From assembly GCA_023664185.1 (NCBI GenBank), contig JAMPGA010000001.1:839473-903472 (forward strand): a DNA stretch of 64,000 nucleotides. The letters run 5' to 3'. The stretch comes from Muribaculaceae bacterium. GTDB lineage: Bacteria; Bacteroidota; Bacteroidia; Bacteroidales; Muribaculaceae. Below are positions 22,581 to 35,096 of the stretch, one piece after another (the stretch's first letter is position 1; every line of letters starts with the position of its first letter). The translations under genes and the position numbers were made by a program. A model generated the notes under the pieces. The model did no database searches. It saw only the letters and a list, made by a program, of their open reading frames with translations, and had not been told where the DNA came from.

Positions 22581-23438
22581 TTATTCTTCGTCTTTATCTT
22601 CTTCTATATAGGTGCGTGCGGCCTGCGAGCGTGAGGTGTCCAGAGCTCTTGTGTATTTTTCCTTATCAAGCGAGGCCTGCCGGGCACGGCGCATGGTCAG
22701 GGCATAGTCATAGAGTGTGGCTATCTGCCTGACGGTTTTCTGCGGCAGTGTCAGCGATGAGGTGGCACCCCCCTCTCCGTTGAAGGTGAGGGTCACTTTC
22801 GAAGTCGGGTGATAGTAGATTAAACGGCCCACGCTGTCACATTCGGCAGCTATGAAGGTGATGCGCTCCTGTCCCGATGAGCGGTCGTTGCGCTCGCCGT
22901 CGAAGCCGACAGCGCTTGTCGAGGCTGTATCGCCGTCGGCAGTCACAGTGACCGAGGTCGATTTTATGCCTTTGCCCTTGAGGGTGGATATAAGATAGAA
23001 GTCACCTTCGGGCGACAGACGGGCCTGTATGCCGCTGACATTTAAAATATCATCCGGATTGGCGCCTACGGCCACATAGTAGCCCTCAATGGGATTGCTC
23101 ACATACTTCACCAGCGATTTCAGAGAGTCTGCTCGGGCGCTCAGGATGGCCAGCTGCTGATCTGAAAGCTCCAAGTTGAACAATGTGATCCCCTCGACGG
23201 CTCTGGCTCCGATATGCATGGCCTGCCTGCGTGCCTCTATGGCGCGGGGATAGGCGTGGTTGATGGAGTCTACCAGAAGCTTGGCTTGTTTGTAACTGTG
23301 AACTTCCAATGCATGGGCGGCCTCCTGAACCAGTGCCGAGGCCTCCTTCTCGCCGTTGTCTGTCGAGCAGGACGGTGAGAAAATCAACACAAGGAGTGAT
23401 GCTGTGATAATGATGGCTTTAATTGCTGCGTTGCACAT
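22581..23438 (-). CDS. Hypothetical lipoprotein
   Basis: Hydrophobic signal with lipobox PSC; in-operon with relA and yihY. Confidence 0.75.
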   Translation of the reverse strand: MCNAAIKAIIITASLLVLIFSPSCSTDNGEKEASALVQEAAHALEVHSYKQAKLLVDSINHAYPRAIEARRQAMHIGARAVEGITLFNLELSDQQLAILSARADSLKSLVKYVSNPIEGYYVAVGANPDDILNVSGIQARLSPEGDFYLISTLKGKGIKSTSVTVTADGDTASTSAVGFDGERNDRSSGQERITFIAAECDSVGRLIYYHPTSKVTLTFNGEGGATSSLTLPQKTVRQIATLYDYALTMRRARQASLDKEKYTRALDTSRSQAARTYIEEDKDEE

Positions 23439-25626
23439 TTTTTACGCCTTTGACTGCTTGAATTTTTTTGATCACATTGTTGAGAGCCTCAGTGTCGTTG
23501 ACACCCACAACGAGAAATCCCGAGAAGATGCCGTCGTGGCTCTCTATGGAAATGTTGCGTAGAAGCACGTCTTTCTCTTTGTTTATCACCGAGGTGATGT
23601 TTGTGACGATGCCTATGTCGTCATTGCCCACTATGCGGATGGTGGCGGCGGTCTGATTGCCGGTCTTGCCCGACCAGCGGGTGCGTATCACACGATAGGG
23701 GTAGCGCTCGTGGATATGTGCGCTGTTGGGACAATCCTCGCGATGTATTTTCACCACACCTTCCGACGAGATAAAGCCGAATACTTTGTCGCCGAAGATA
23801 GGGTTGCAGCAGCGGGCCATACGGTAGTTCATGCCGCGAATGTTGTCGGTGCCTATCACGAGCACGTCGTCGTTTTTCGTGGCTTCCTCCATCTTTTGCG
23901 TTGGGTCGGCCAGCTCAAACTCCTCGGCGCTGCGTCGTTCTGGCTGCAGGGCAGCCTTGGCATCTGCCGCCTGGATGGCTTCGTAGCCGGCTATCACGTC
24001 GGCCGGATCGATGGTCTCGTCGGCCAGCGATTTATAGAAGTCGGTCACGGTCTTATAGCCCATCTTCTTGATGGTGCGCATCAGTATACCCTCGTCGAGC
24101 TCGATCTTGCGATTTTTGCAGCGCCGCTGCAGCAGCTCCTTGCCGTATTCGCTTGATCGGGCTGCGCGCTCGTTGATGGTCTGGCGTATCTTGGTACGTG
24201 CCTTTCCGGTCACCACAATGTTGAGCCAGTCCTGTTTAGGTGTCTGCGAGGGTGAGGTGAGAATCTCAACAGTGTCGCCGGAGCGCAGCTTGTGGCCCAG
24301 TTTGCGGTTGCGGCCGTTGACTTTGCCTCCTATACATGCACACCCCAGCTTCGAGTGGATGGCAAAGGCAAAGTCGAGCACCGTGGCGCCCAGGGGGAGG
24401 CGGTGAAGGTCGCCCTGCGGAGTAAAGACGAAAACCTCTTTGTCGTATAGATCCATCTTGAAGTTTTTCATCAGCTCCATCGGGCCCTCGGCGGTCTCAA
24501 GGATGTCGCGAACGTTGTTCATCCACTGGTCCAGAGAGCTTTCACTCTTTATGCCTTTGTATCGCCAGTGGGCAGCCAGACCTTTCTCTGCCACGAGATC
24601 CATGCGGTGGGTGCGTATCTGCACCTCCACCCATTTCCCTTCAGGTCCCATCACGGTGGTGTGGAGCGACTCATAGCCGTTGCTCTTGGGTATGGTGATC
24701 CAGTCGCGCAGACGCTTGGGGTTGCTGGTATACATGTCGGTGACTATCGAGAATACTCTCCAGCACTCGGCTTTCTCGCGCTCGGGCTCTACGTCGAGTA
24801 TGATGCGTATGGCAAAGAGGTCGTAGACACCCGAAAGATCCACCTGCTGTTTGCGCAGCTTGTTCCAGATGGAATAGATGGACTTGGTGCGTCCCTTTAT
24901 TTCATATTTCAGCCCGGTATGATCGAGTTTTTCCCTAAGCGGGGTGATGAACGAGGTGATGTAAGCATCGCGCTCGGCCTTGGTCTCGTTGAGGCCGCGG
25001 GCTATGCGGGTGTAGGTGTCGCGTGAGGTATATTTCAGCGACAGATCCTCCAGCTCGCTCTTTATTTTATACAGACCCAGACGGTGGGCCAGTGGGGCGT
25101 AGAGATAGTTGGCTTCAAAGGCAGTGTCGGTTACGAATTTCTCGTCGGGGTGATGGTTTATCGCCCTCATCAGCGTGAGCCTCTCCACTATCATTATGAT
25201 GATGACGCGTATATCGTCGGCCAGAGCCATGAGCAGCCGTCGGAAGTTGTCGGTCTTCACCACGGTCTGCTTGCCATAGAGCGACGACACTTTTATGAGT
25301 CCGCTCACCAGGTGAGCCACGTCAGGGTCCCAATCGGCGGCTATGCGCTCTGTGCTCACCGCACCGGCGGCTGCGAGCTGATAGAGCATCACGGCCAGAA
25401 TCATGTTGCGGTCGGGCGACACCATCTCGCACAGGGCTATGGCGGCGTTGAGCGACTGCACTGTGGGGTCGATGCCATGGCGCGGAGGGAGGCTGGCGCC
25501 TCTCTCCGCGGCTTGGCGGTAGATATCTTTTAGTTTCCCATAGTCGCCCGTAGCTGCCACATCGGCGCTGAGGCCGACAAGCTTTCTGACGAGAAGGGGT
25601 AAGGTGAGGTTTGTGGCTTTTTCCAT
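23419..25626 (-). CDS. relA: Long RelA/SpoT homologue, (p)ppGpp synthetase with degenerate HD domain
   Basis: APLAHRLG, GRTKSIYSI, DLFAIRI, YESLHTTV, TGS domain (DFAFAIHS..G), C-terminal ACT domain. Confidence 0.92.
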   Translation of the reverse strand: MEKATNLTLPLLVRKLVGLSADVAATGDYGKLKDIYRQAAERGASLPPRHGIDPTVQSLNAAIALCEMVSPDRNMILAVMLYQLAAAGAVSTERIAADWDPDVAHLVSGLIKVSSLYGKQTVVKTDNFRRLLMALADDIRVIIIMIVERLTLMRAINHHPDEKFVTDTAFEANYLYAPLAHRLGLYKIKSELEDLSLKYTSRDTYTRIARGLNETKAERDAYITSFITPLREKLDHTGLKYEIKGRTKSIYSIWNKLRKQQVDLSGVYDLFAIRIILDVEPEREKAECWRVFSIVTDMYTSNPKRLRDWITIPKSNGYESLHTTVMGPEGKWVEVQIRTHRMDLVAEKGLAAHWRYKGIKSESSLDQWMNNVRDILETAEGPMELMKNFKMDLYDKEVFVFTPQGDLHRLPLGATVLDFAFAIHSKLGCACIGGKVNGRNRKLGHKLRSGDTVEILTSPSQTPKQDWLNIVVTGKARTKIRQTINERAARSSEYGKELLQRRCKNRKIELDEGILMRTIKKMGYKTVTDFYKSLADETIDPADVIAGYEAIQAADAKAALQPERRSAEEFELADPTQKMEEATKNDDVLVIGTDNIRGMNYRMARCCNPIFGDKVFGFISSEGVVKIHREDCPNSAHIHERYPYRVIRTRWSGKTGNQTAATIRIVGNDDIGIVTNITSVINKEKDVLLRNISIESHDGIFSGFLVVGVNDTEALNNVIKKIQAVKGVKNVQRSN

Positions 25627-25641
25627 TAATTGCTCTGATCG

Positions 25642-26952
25642 TTAATCGCGGCGATATATGCAAGCGCCTACTGAGTTGAGGCGTGTATCTATGGCTTCAT
25701 ATCCGCGGTCTATCTGGTCGATGTTGTCGATGGTCGATACGCCCTTGGCACTCATGGCCGCTATGAGCATGGCTATGCCGGCGCGGATATCGGGTGAGTG
25801 CATATTGTTGGCTCTTAGGGCAAACTTGTGATTGAGGCCTATCACCACAGCGCGGTGTGGGTCGCAGAGCATTATCTGTGCGCCCATGTCAATGAGACGG
25901 TCCACAAAGAAGAGTCGGCTCTCAAACATCTTCTGGTGAATGAGCACGCTACCCTTACACTGTGTGGCTGTCACGAGCATCACCGACAGAAGGTCGGGCG
26001 TGAGTCCGGGCCACGGGGCATCGGCTATCGTGGGTATCGATCCATCGAGGTTGGTTTCGATCTCATAAACCTCTTGCTCGGGCACTACGATGTCATCGCC
26101 CCTGCGCTCCAGGTTTATGCCCAGGCGCCTGAAGGAGTCGGGGATGATACCCAGATTGTCATATGACACATCCTTGATGGTGAGTGTGCTGCGGGTGAGG
26201 GCTGCCATGCCTATGAACGAGCCCACCTCAATCATGTCGGGCAGTATGGTGTGGTCGGCACCCGTAAGTTTCTCCACTCCGGTGATGCGCAGCAGATTAG
26301 AGCCTATGCCGTCAATCTGCACGCCCATCCCCACGAGCATCTTGCACAGCTGCTGCACGTAGGGCTCGCAGGCTGCATTATAGATGGTGGTGGTGCCTTC
26401 GGCCAGCGAGGCAGCCATAATGATATTGGCTGTACCGGTCACCGAGGCCTCGTCGAGCAGCATATAGCATCCCTTCAAGCCGTTGACGCTTACCAGATAA
26501 TAGGCCTGGCGCTCTTCATTATAGGCCATCATGGCTCCCAACTTGGTGAGTCCGGTGATATGGGTGTCCACTTTGCGGCGTCCTATCTTGTCGCCGCCGG
26601 GTTTGGCAAAGTAGGCCTGTCCGAGTCTGGCAAGAAGCGGTCCCACCACCAGCACCGAGCCACGCAGCCCGGCGCAGCGAGCCACAAAGTCGGCGCTCGA
26701 CACATAGTCCTCGTCAATGTCGTCGGCCTGAAAGCGGTAGGTCGAGTCGTCGAGCTTGTCCACCTTCACCCTCATGGCCCTGAGCAGGTTGATGAGGTTG
26801 GTGACATCAAGAATGTTGGGAACATTATGTATTGTGACAGGCTCGGATGTCAGAAGTGTGGCACTGATGACCTGCAGAGCCTCGTTTTTGGCTCCTTGCG
26901 GACGAATATCGCCATGCAAGTGATGGCCTCCTTCAATAATATAGGTGCTCAT
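25642..26952 (-). CDS. murA: UDP-N-acetylglucosamine 1-carboxyvinyltransferase
   Basis: GAKNEAL, LRGSV, PGGDKIGRR (Asp variant at the fosfomycin Cys position), SVTGTAN, WPGLTPD, DIRAG, IDRGYE. Confidence 0.96.
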   Translation of the reverse strand: MSTYIIEGGHHLHGDIRPQGAKNEALQVISATLLTSEPVTIHNVPNILDVTNLINLLRAMRVKVDKLDDSTYRFQADDIDEDYVSSADFVARCAGLRGSVLVVGPLLARLGQAYFAKPGGDKIGRRKVDTHITGLTKLGAMMAYNEERQAYYLVSVNGLKGCYMLLDEASVTGTANIIMAASLAEGTTTIYNAACEPYVQQLCKMLVGMGVQIDGIGSNLLRITGVEKLTGADHTILPDMIEVGSFIGMAALTRSTLTIKDVSYDNLGIIPDSFRRLGINLERRGDDIVVPEQEVYEIETNLDGSIPTIADAPWPGLTPDLLSVMLVTATQCKGSVLIHQKMFESRLFFVDRLIDMGAQIMLCDPHRAVVIGLNHKFALRANNMHSPDIRAGIAMLIAAMSAKGVSTIDNIDQIDRGYEAIDTRLNSVGACIYRRD

Positions 26953-27022
26953 AATAGATAGTTGAGAGAAATGAGAGAAGAGTGTGGCTGATAACTTTTA
27001 TAATTGTTTAACAATCGGGAGG

Positions 27023-28042
27023 TCAGATGTGTTCAACCTCGGGGGTAAGAGTTATGCCAAAACGTTCTCTGACGCTCGAGATCACGGCTTTTTCCAGAGC
27101 CACGATTTCGTCGGGCGTGGCCTTGTGGTCGGGATTGACTATGACGAGCGGCTGAGAGTGCCACACGGCGGCGTTTCCCATCGAGCGCCCCTTCCAGCCA
27201 CATTGGTCTATGAGCCATGCGGCCGGAATTTTTACTCCACCATCCACTTCATAGTGTGGCACTTGCACTTCCTCACCCTCGGCGGCCACAATCTGCTCGT
27301 AGGTCTCGCGGCTCACCACCGGGTTTTTGAAGAAGCTTCCGGCGCTGGGTGTCGAGGCCGGGTCGGGGAGTTTGGTGTTGCGTATGGCTATCACGGCCTC
27401 CCTCACTTGTCCGGGAGTCGTGGGAACCTCTGAAAATGCCTTGGCCAGTGCCGGATAGGACACCACCGGGCGCGGTGTAGCCGACAGACGGAAGGTCACG
27501 GCTGTGATGATATAGTTGCCCTTTAGGCTCGGGCTCTTAAACATTGAATAGCGGTAGCCATAGTCGCAGTCGGCGCCCTTGAGGGTGACAAATTCGCCAC
27601 TTGAGCGGTCGAAAGCCTCGATTGTGTCTATCACATCGGCAGCCTCGACACCGTAAGCCCCCACGTTCTGCACAGCCGCCGAGCCCACCTCGCCGGGAAT
27701 GCCCGAGAGATTTTCTACACCCCACAGGTTGCGCTCACACATCTGGGCTATGAAACTGTCCATGGTCTGGCCGGAGCCCACACGCACCAGCACAGAATCT
27801 CCCTCCCGGCCCGCCTCCTCGATGAAGCGGATGGCACTGTGTATCACCACTCCGGGATAGTCTCTGAGAAAAAGCAGATTGCTACCGGCGCCGATATGAA
27901 AGATATCGACTCCGGGACGGATGCTGGAAAGAAGAAAAGGGATGTCGGAAGCTTTGTCATACTCCATGAAACACCCGCATTTCACCGGCATTGCAAATGT
28001 GTTGCGCTCAGTGAGGTCGTAATTTTGGCTCGTCGTAATCAT
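27023..28042 (-). CDS. murB: UDP-N-acetylenolpyruvoylglucosamine reductase
   Basis: GAGSNLLF, GIPGEVG, QNVGAYG, YGYRYSMFK, SAGSFFKNP, LTPEVE; start taken at ATG 28042. Confidence 0.95.
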   Translation of the reverse strand: MITTSQNYDLTERNTFAMPVKCGCFMEYDKASDIPFLLSSIRPGVDIFHIGAGSNLLFLRDYPGVVIHSAIRFIEEAGREGDSVLVRVGSGQTMDSFIAQMCERNLWGVENLSGIPGEVGSAAVQNVGAYGVEAADVIDTIEAFDRSSGEFVTLKGADCDYGYRYSMFKSPSLKGNYIITAVTFRLSATPRPVVSYPALAKAFSEVPTTPGQVREAVIAIRNTKLPDPASTPSAGSFFKNPVVSRETYEQIVAAEGEEVQVPHYEVDGGVKIPAAWLIDQCGWKGRSMGNAAVWHSQPLVIVNPDHKATPDEIVALEKAVISSVRERFGITLTPEVEHI

Positions 28043-28076
28043 AAGCGCAAAGTTATAAAAAAAGTTGAGTAGAAAC

Positions 28077-28103
28077 AAAAAATCCCAGGGGAGAGCCCCT
28101 GGG
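28077..28103 (-). terminator. Terminator downstream of the GH140-like gene
   Basis: CCCAGGGG/CCCCTGGG stem with a U tract on the minus strand. Confidence 0.65.
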
Positions 28104-28145
28104 CTATTATGCCGAGCCCCATACTGGGGCGTGAGTTACCTTGGA

Positions 28146-29600
28146 TTATTCTGTGAGATTTGTGGTGTCGATGGGGATAGGAGTGGGGGAGAGGGTGGTT
28201 TGGTCGGGGGTGATGTAGGCCTTGGTGGAGTCGATGGCTATAAGCACTCCGTCGCGGGTGTCGGCGGGGATGTGGGTCACGTTTTTATCCTTTTTGCCCA
28301 GGTAGGTCAGCGTTCCGGTGGCCGCATCCATCCACCACAGGTTTTTCTCTTTGCCCGAGATGCCGGAGAGGTATATATCCATGGGTCGGCCGGTGTGGTT
28401 GTAGACCAGGATATAGTCGTTGCCACGTGTGGCTATCAGTCGGTCGTAGCGCTCGCCGTTGTTGCGTATCACACTCTGATCGGCCACACGGTCGAAGTAA
28501 GGCATCGTGAGCATAAGGCGCTTCAGGTGGATCATCTGATTGTATCCTGGATCGTCGAGTGCCTTGTACCAGGGCTTTTTCTCACCGTCGGCAAAGTAGG
28601 CTCCACCCACTCCGGGCCTTACAAACTGCATTATGGAATTGTGGCCGTAGGTGTGTCCGCACGAGCCACCAAAGACACCCCAGTAGGCATAGCGGCGCAC
28701 ATCCTTGTCGGTCCAGCGGGGCTCGGCGTCGGAGTGAAGACCCTGAGGAATATCCTCATAGCTCGGTTCGCCGTCGAGCACGGGCTTGACGGGCTTATAC
28801 ATTCTGGCAGAATCCACATACATCCAGGCGTCCTCTTCGGTGCCGTCGGGGATGGGATACTCTTTGTTGCCCATGCGCTGATTGTAGCGTCGGTGGCCGC
28901 TCTGATACATATTGAAGTCGAGCCACGGGCGCGAGTTGAACCAGCGGGCCGAGGTGGTGCGTCCGCGCGGATGGAAGGTCATGATATGGTTGGGGTCGTT
29001 TTCCTTTATGGTCTCAGCAAGTGTCTCCCAGACCTCAGGCTTCACATCGCCCTGAATGTCGCCACCTATAATCCATATGATGTTTGGGCGACCTTTGTAG
29101 CGGTCGGCCAGGAATTTTCCATAAACCTTGGCCTGGTCCACATTCATCATTCCGGCTTTTACGAGCCCTCCCCATATGCAAACCATGCCGATGTAAATGC
29201 CTTTGCTCTCGGCTGTCGAGATGATCTGATCCATGTGGTCCCAGTAGCCATACTCGCCGGGCTTGTCTATATTGTCCATATTCCAGCCGTCGGGGTGGGA
29301 GTATTTGCCATAAGCATTCATGGTAGGGACTCCGTTGATGGTCTGCACCTGCACCACGTTGAATCCGGCCTGCGAGGCGCGCCCCAGGTAGTAGCCGGCC
29401 TCATCGCGGTCAAGGCGTTCGGGCAGAAGCCATCCGGTGTCGCCAAGCCAGAAGAAGGGAGAGCCGTCGGTGTGCTGCAGATAGAGCCCGTTGTCACTGA
29501 CGCGCAGGGCGCCATGCTGCCATGGCTTATCAATTTTGGGCGCTCCTGTGGCCGATATGGTGGCCATAATCACGGTTAGCAGGATATACAGTTTTTTCAT
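28146..29600 (-). CDS. DUF4038 / GH140 (apiosidase-like) glycoside hydrolase
   Basis: Signal peptide, PFFWLGDTGWLL, GFNVVQVQ, IWIIGGD, MTFHPRG, QSGH, KPVLDGEPSYE, GHTYGHNSIMQF. Confidence 0.85.
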   Translation of the reverse strand: MKKLYILLTVIMATISATGAPKIDKPWQHGALRVSDNGLYLQHTDGSPFFWLGDTGWLLPERLDRDEAGYYLGRASQAGFNVVQVQTINGVPTMNAYGKYSHPDGWNMDNIDKPGEYGYWDHMDQIISTAESKGIYIGMVCIWGGLVKAGMMNVDQAKVYGKFLADRYKGRPNIIWIIGGDIQGDVKPEVWETLAETIKENDPNHIMTFHPRGRTTSARWFNSRPWLDFNMYQSGHRRYNQRMGNKEYPIPDGTEEDAWMYVDSARMYKPVKPVLDGEPSYEDIPQGLHSDAEPRWTDKDVRRYAYWGVFGGSCGHTYGHNSIMQFVRPGVGGAYFADGEKKPWYKALDDPGYNQMIHLKRLMLTMPYFDRVADQSVIRNNGERYDRLIATRGNDYILVYNHTGRPMDIYLSGISGKEKNLWWMDAATGTLTYLGKKDKNVTHIPADTRDGVLIAIDSTKAYITPDQTTLSPTPIPIDTTNLTE

Positions 29601-29646
29601 GGAATTGAACTATGTGGGTTGAATGTGAGTGAATGGCAGGGGGCGG

Positions 29647-29695
29647 AAAAACAATCACAGCCTCGCGGTCAGCTTTTTGACTCCGAGGCTGTGAT
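29647..29695 (-). terminator. Terminator downstream of the PPIase gene
   Basis: ATCACAGCCTCG/CGAGGCTGTGAT 12-bp stem with a U tract. Confidence 0.75.
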
Positions 29696-29726
29696 CTGTA
29701 GGTTCAACACCCTCACGGGTAGGGGT

Positions 29727-31661
29727 TTATTTTTCAGTATAGAGTTTTTTCAACTCTTTTTTGTTGAGTTTTACCTTGTATTTCTTTTTCAGGTCCTGCA
29801 CCCAGGCCTGCTCGAGTTCCTGCTGGAGGTCAGACGACACGGCGGCCTTGACATCGGCAGCCTCCTCGGGCTGGTCGATTACCTTGTAGTCGTAGGGGAA
29901 CCAAGCAGCCCACTTGCCTACGGGGTCGGCCTTCTCACCCTGGAATGCTATCTCATCTACAATCTTGTTGTCGCCTTTGGCTGTGAGCACGTGCTCCACC
30001 TTGACGTCCTGGCCAAACTCGTTGCGCATGGTCTTTACCAGCGAGTCGCGCTCCACGGTGTGCGATGCCAGATAACCCTTGGCTGCCGAGGCGATGGAGT
30101 CTGAAGTGGCAAGCACTACGTAGCCCTTGAAGCGGGGTTTGTCCCAGGTGGTATACTTGTCGCGGTGGGCCTTGAAATATGCTTCGAGAGCATCGGCATC
30201 TTTGTTGGCGCGATCCCAGATGTTGCGGTTTGAGATTTCGAAGAGCAGAATACCGTCGCGATACTCGTTCACGAGATTGCGATACTCGGGGTTCTCTTTG
30301 GCAAACTCTGTGCGTCCGTAGCGGATGGTGAGCTGGGTGAGCAGGTCGTTGGCCTGGCGCTCGAATGTGCCAAAGGGGTCGCGGTCTTTCTCGCGGGTCG
30401 AAGCCGGAATCTCGGCCAGCACCTGTGCTGCCTTCACTGAGCCGTCAGGGGTGGAGCAAATCACTGTCGAGGGGTCAACGGCATCGAAGGCCTCAGCATT
30501 CTTTTTGTCTGCCATTGCCAGACGCACCTTGGCCAGGCCCTCATTGTCGATGGAGAATCCCCATTTCTTCTGCAGCTCGGCTATGCGGGCCTCGCGGGGC
30601 ATGTTCTTGCGGTTGTCGCGCATCATCGACGAGAGTATCATGCCGCGGTGTTCGGCGAGAGTGCCCAGGGGCTTACGCTCGGTCACCAGCACGATGTGAT
30701 ATCCAAAGGGGCTCTGGAAGGGTTCGGAGAACTGACCCACGGGGGTGGCAAACGCTGCCTCCTCAAACTCGGGCACCATGACTCCGGCGCCAAACAGACC
30801 CAGATCGCCGCCATTCTGCTTCGAGCCGGGATCCTCGCTCTCGGCCTTGGCCAGCTCGGCGAAGTCGGCTCCATTCTGCAGCAGTGTGTAGATCGAGTCG
30901 ATGCGTGCCTTCTGGGCTGCCACTTCCTCGGGCGACATGTTTTGAGTGAGTTTCAGTATATGGCTTGCGTGCACTGATCCAGGGTTGGGCTTTTCGTCGT
31001 TCACACGGATTATGTGCCATCCGTAGGGTCGATCGTCGATCACGTCAGAAATCTGCCCGACAGCTGTCTCGTAGGAAGCTTTCTCAAAGGGATAGGGGAA
31101 ACGCCCGGTGGTAAACCAGCCCATGCTGCCGCCGTTCTGCAGAGCAGAGCGGTCGTAGGAGTATGTCTTGGCCATCTCGGCAAAGTCAGCTCCGGCCAGA
31201 ATGGCGCTGCGGATAGAGTCGAGTTTCTGGCGGTTGGCATCGCGCTCGGCCTGATTGTCGCCCATCGGGAGCATGATGTGGCTCACATTGCGCAGGGTCT
31301 GCATATGCAGCCAGGCGTCGTTGATGAGTTTCTCTCTCACCAGGGTGTCGGTAAGATAAGGCGTGGAGATGTCGGCACAATAGCCATCAAGCTCTTTGAT
31401 GAAGCTTGCGGTTGTGTCTATGCCGGCAGCCTCCGCATCGGCCACCTTGAGCTTATACACCACAAACATGTCGAGATACTCGTCGATGCTCTGGGGCTTC
31501 TCCTGCTGAAGGTTGTTCTTGTTGTAGAGGTATTCAAATTCGCTCCGGCTGATGTCTTTGCCGTTGATTGTCATCACGACCGGATCGCCTGCAGGCGCGG
31601 CTGCTGTGGCTCCAAGGATTGCGGCGGCAATCAGCGCGGCCGGGAGAAAATGTTTTTTCAT
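29727..31661 (-). CDS. Peptidyl-prolyl cis-trans isomerase, SurA/PpiC (parvulin) type with two rotamase domains
   Basis: Signal peptide; two SHI-L ... FAE.AK..S.D..S...GG.LG ... F..AAF ... GYHI repeats. Confidence 0.92.
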   Translation of the reverse strand: MKKHFLPAALIAAAILGATAAAPAGDPVVMTINGKDISRSEFEYLYNKNNLQQEKPQSIDEYLDMFVVYKLKVADAEAAGIDTTASFIKELDGYCADISTPYLTDTLVREKLINDAWLHMQTLRNVSHIMLPMGDNQAERDANRQKLDSIRSAILAGADFAEMAKTYSYDRSALQNGGSMGWFTTGRFPYPFEKASYETAVGQISDVIDDRPYGWHIIRVNDEKPNPGSVHASHILKLTQNMSPEEVAAQKARIDSIYTLLQNGADFAELAKAESEDPGSKQNGGDLGLFGAGVMVPEFEEAAFATPVGQFSEPFQSPFGYHIVLVTERKPLGTLAEHRGMILSSMMRDNRKNMPREARIAELQKKWGFSIDNEGLAKVRLAMADKKNAEAFDAVDPSTVICSTPDGSVKAAQVLAEIPASTREKDRDPFGTFERQANDLLTQLTIRYGRTEFAKENPEYRNLVNEYRDGILLFEISNRNIWDRANKDADALEAYFKAHRDKYTTWDKPRFKGYVVLATSDSIASAAKGYLASHTVERDSLVKTMRNEFGQDVKVEHVLTAKGDNKIVDEIAFQGEKADPVGKWAAWFPYDYKVIDQPEEAADVKAAVSSDLQQELEQAWVQDLKKKYKVKLNKKELKKLYTEK

Positions 31662-31791
31662 TGAAATGGATGAAATGATTTTTTTGTGTCTGTTCTATCC
31701 TTTAAAACGGAAACAGGCGCGTTTTATTGCAAAAATGCACAACTCAGATATTGAATTGTGCATTTTTGCTGTATTCATCATTGCGGATGGC

Positions 31792-34001
<2,210 letters not shown>

Positions 34002-34328
34002 GTTGGTCGATGGTTATGCCCAGAAGCTTCATTTCGTCGTGCAGGGTGGGAACTGTGGAGTTGAAAAATTCCTCACGCCTGGCGGCATCGACCTTCTCCA
34101 GGGCATCGGGAGCCAGAAAGAACCCCAGGCCACGGCGAGCCACGATGATGTCGTGGGCCTGCAGATATTCATAGGCCTTGAGTACGGTGTGGGAGTTTAC
34201 AGCCACTGTTATGGCCAGCTCTCTCACCGACGGCACCCTCTGGCCCGGACACCACTCGCCCGTGAGTATGCGCCCGAAGCTGTAGTCGATTATCTGGCGG
34301 TAAATGGGTCTGTCCTGATTAAACTCCA

Positions 34329-35096
34329 TTAGATTCTCTTGAAATGTTTGTAGGTGGCACGGATGAGGAAGACGGAAACCGCCAAGGCAAGGAAGTCGAT
34401 GGTCAGGGACAGTGGCAATATCCAGCTTTTCGCCATCGTTTCGGCGTCCTCGGGGTCATATTCAAGGCCCAAAAATCCGTCATGCAGACCTACGTAAAAT
34501 CCTATGACACTTATAATAAGTCCGGTGACGAAGTAGATGCCGAAGTAGGTGATCACGGCTCGGGCCACACGGTGGGACCTGCGAGTACACATCACTATCC
34601 ACAACGTCAGGGCTATGGAGAATATTGTCTGTGTCACTCCTGCGACTATGCTCAGCCAAAGTGGCGTGTCGGTGCGGCTCTGCTGAAATAGCATCTCTAT
34701 CGACTTCATCGACAGATTGCCCACGGGGAGAAACAATCCCATAAGTATGCACAAAAGGTACCACACTCCGTTGAGCAGAACGGGCACTATGATGATGGAA
34801 AACAACAGATAGAACACGGTTTTCTCGGCTGGTGTCACCGGGAGCTGGGCCATGAGCGTGTCGTCGCGATGATTGAATATCAGGGGGCTGAGCGATACGA
34901 ACAGACTGAGGACAACAGATATGAATATGTAGAGTGGCATGAATCCATAGCTCACTCCCACAGTCAGTGCGCATGCCACATAGGCCAGGATCACGCTCAC
35001 CAGACCCCACGTACACCAGCGGACGACGCTCTGACGGTAGAACCCGAGCAGGCTCATGGCTCTGCGCAGCGAAAAGGTATCAGTTTGCATAGTCAC
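34329..35096 (-). CDS. Membrane protein, probable ABC-2-type permease
   Basis: About 6 hydrophobic segments, LP...EK motif, located between ABC ATPase and gntR with overlapping start/stop codons. Confidence 0.75.
   Translation of the reverse strand: MTMQTDTFSLRRAMSLLGFYRQSVVRWCTWGLVSVILAYVACALTVGVSYGFMPLYIFISVVLSLFVSLSPLIFNHRDDTLMAQLPVTPAEKTVFYLLFSIIIVPVLLNGVWYLLCILMGLFLPVGNLSMKSIEMLFQQSRTDTPLWLSIVAGVTQTIFSIALTLWIVMCTRRSHRVARAVITYFGIYFVTGLIISVIGFYVGLHDGFLGLEYDPEDAETMAKSWILPLSLTIDFLALAVSVFLIRATYKHFKRI

Noticed and set aside
25642-26952. MurA Cys-to-Asp substitution as a novel resistance allele
   Set aside because: A known natural variant conferring intrinsic fosfomycin resistance; not novel.
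28065-29579. 504-aa plus-strand ORF
   Set aside because: Antisense shadow of the GH140-like gene with no recognisable domain.
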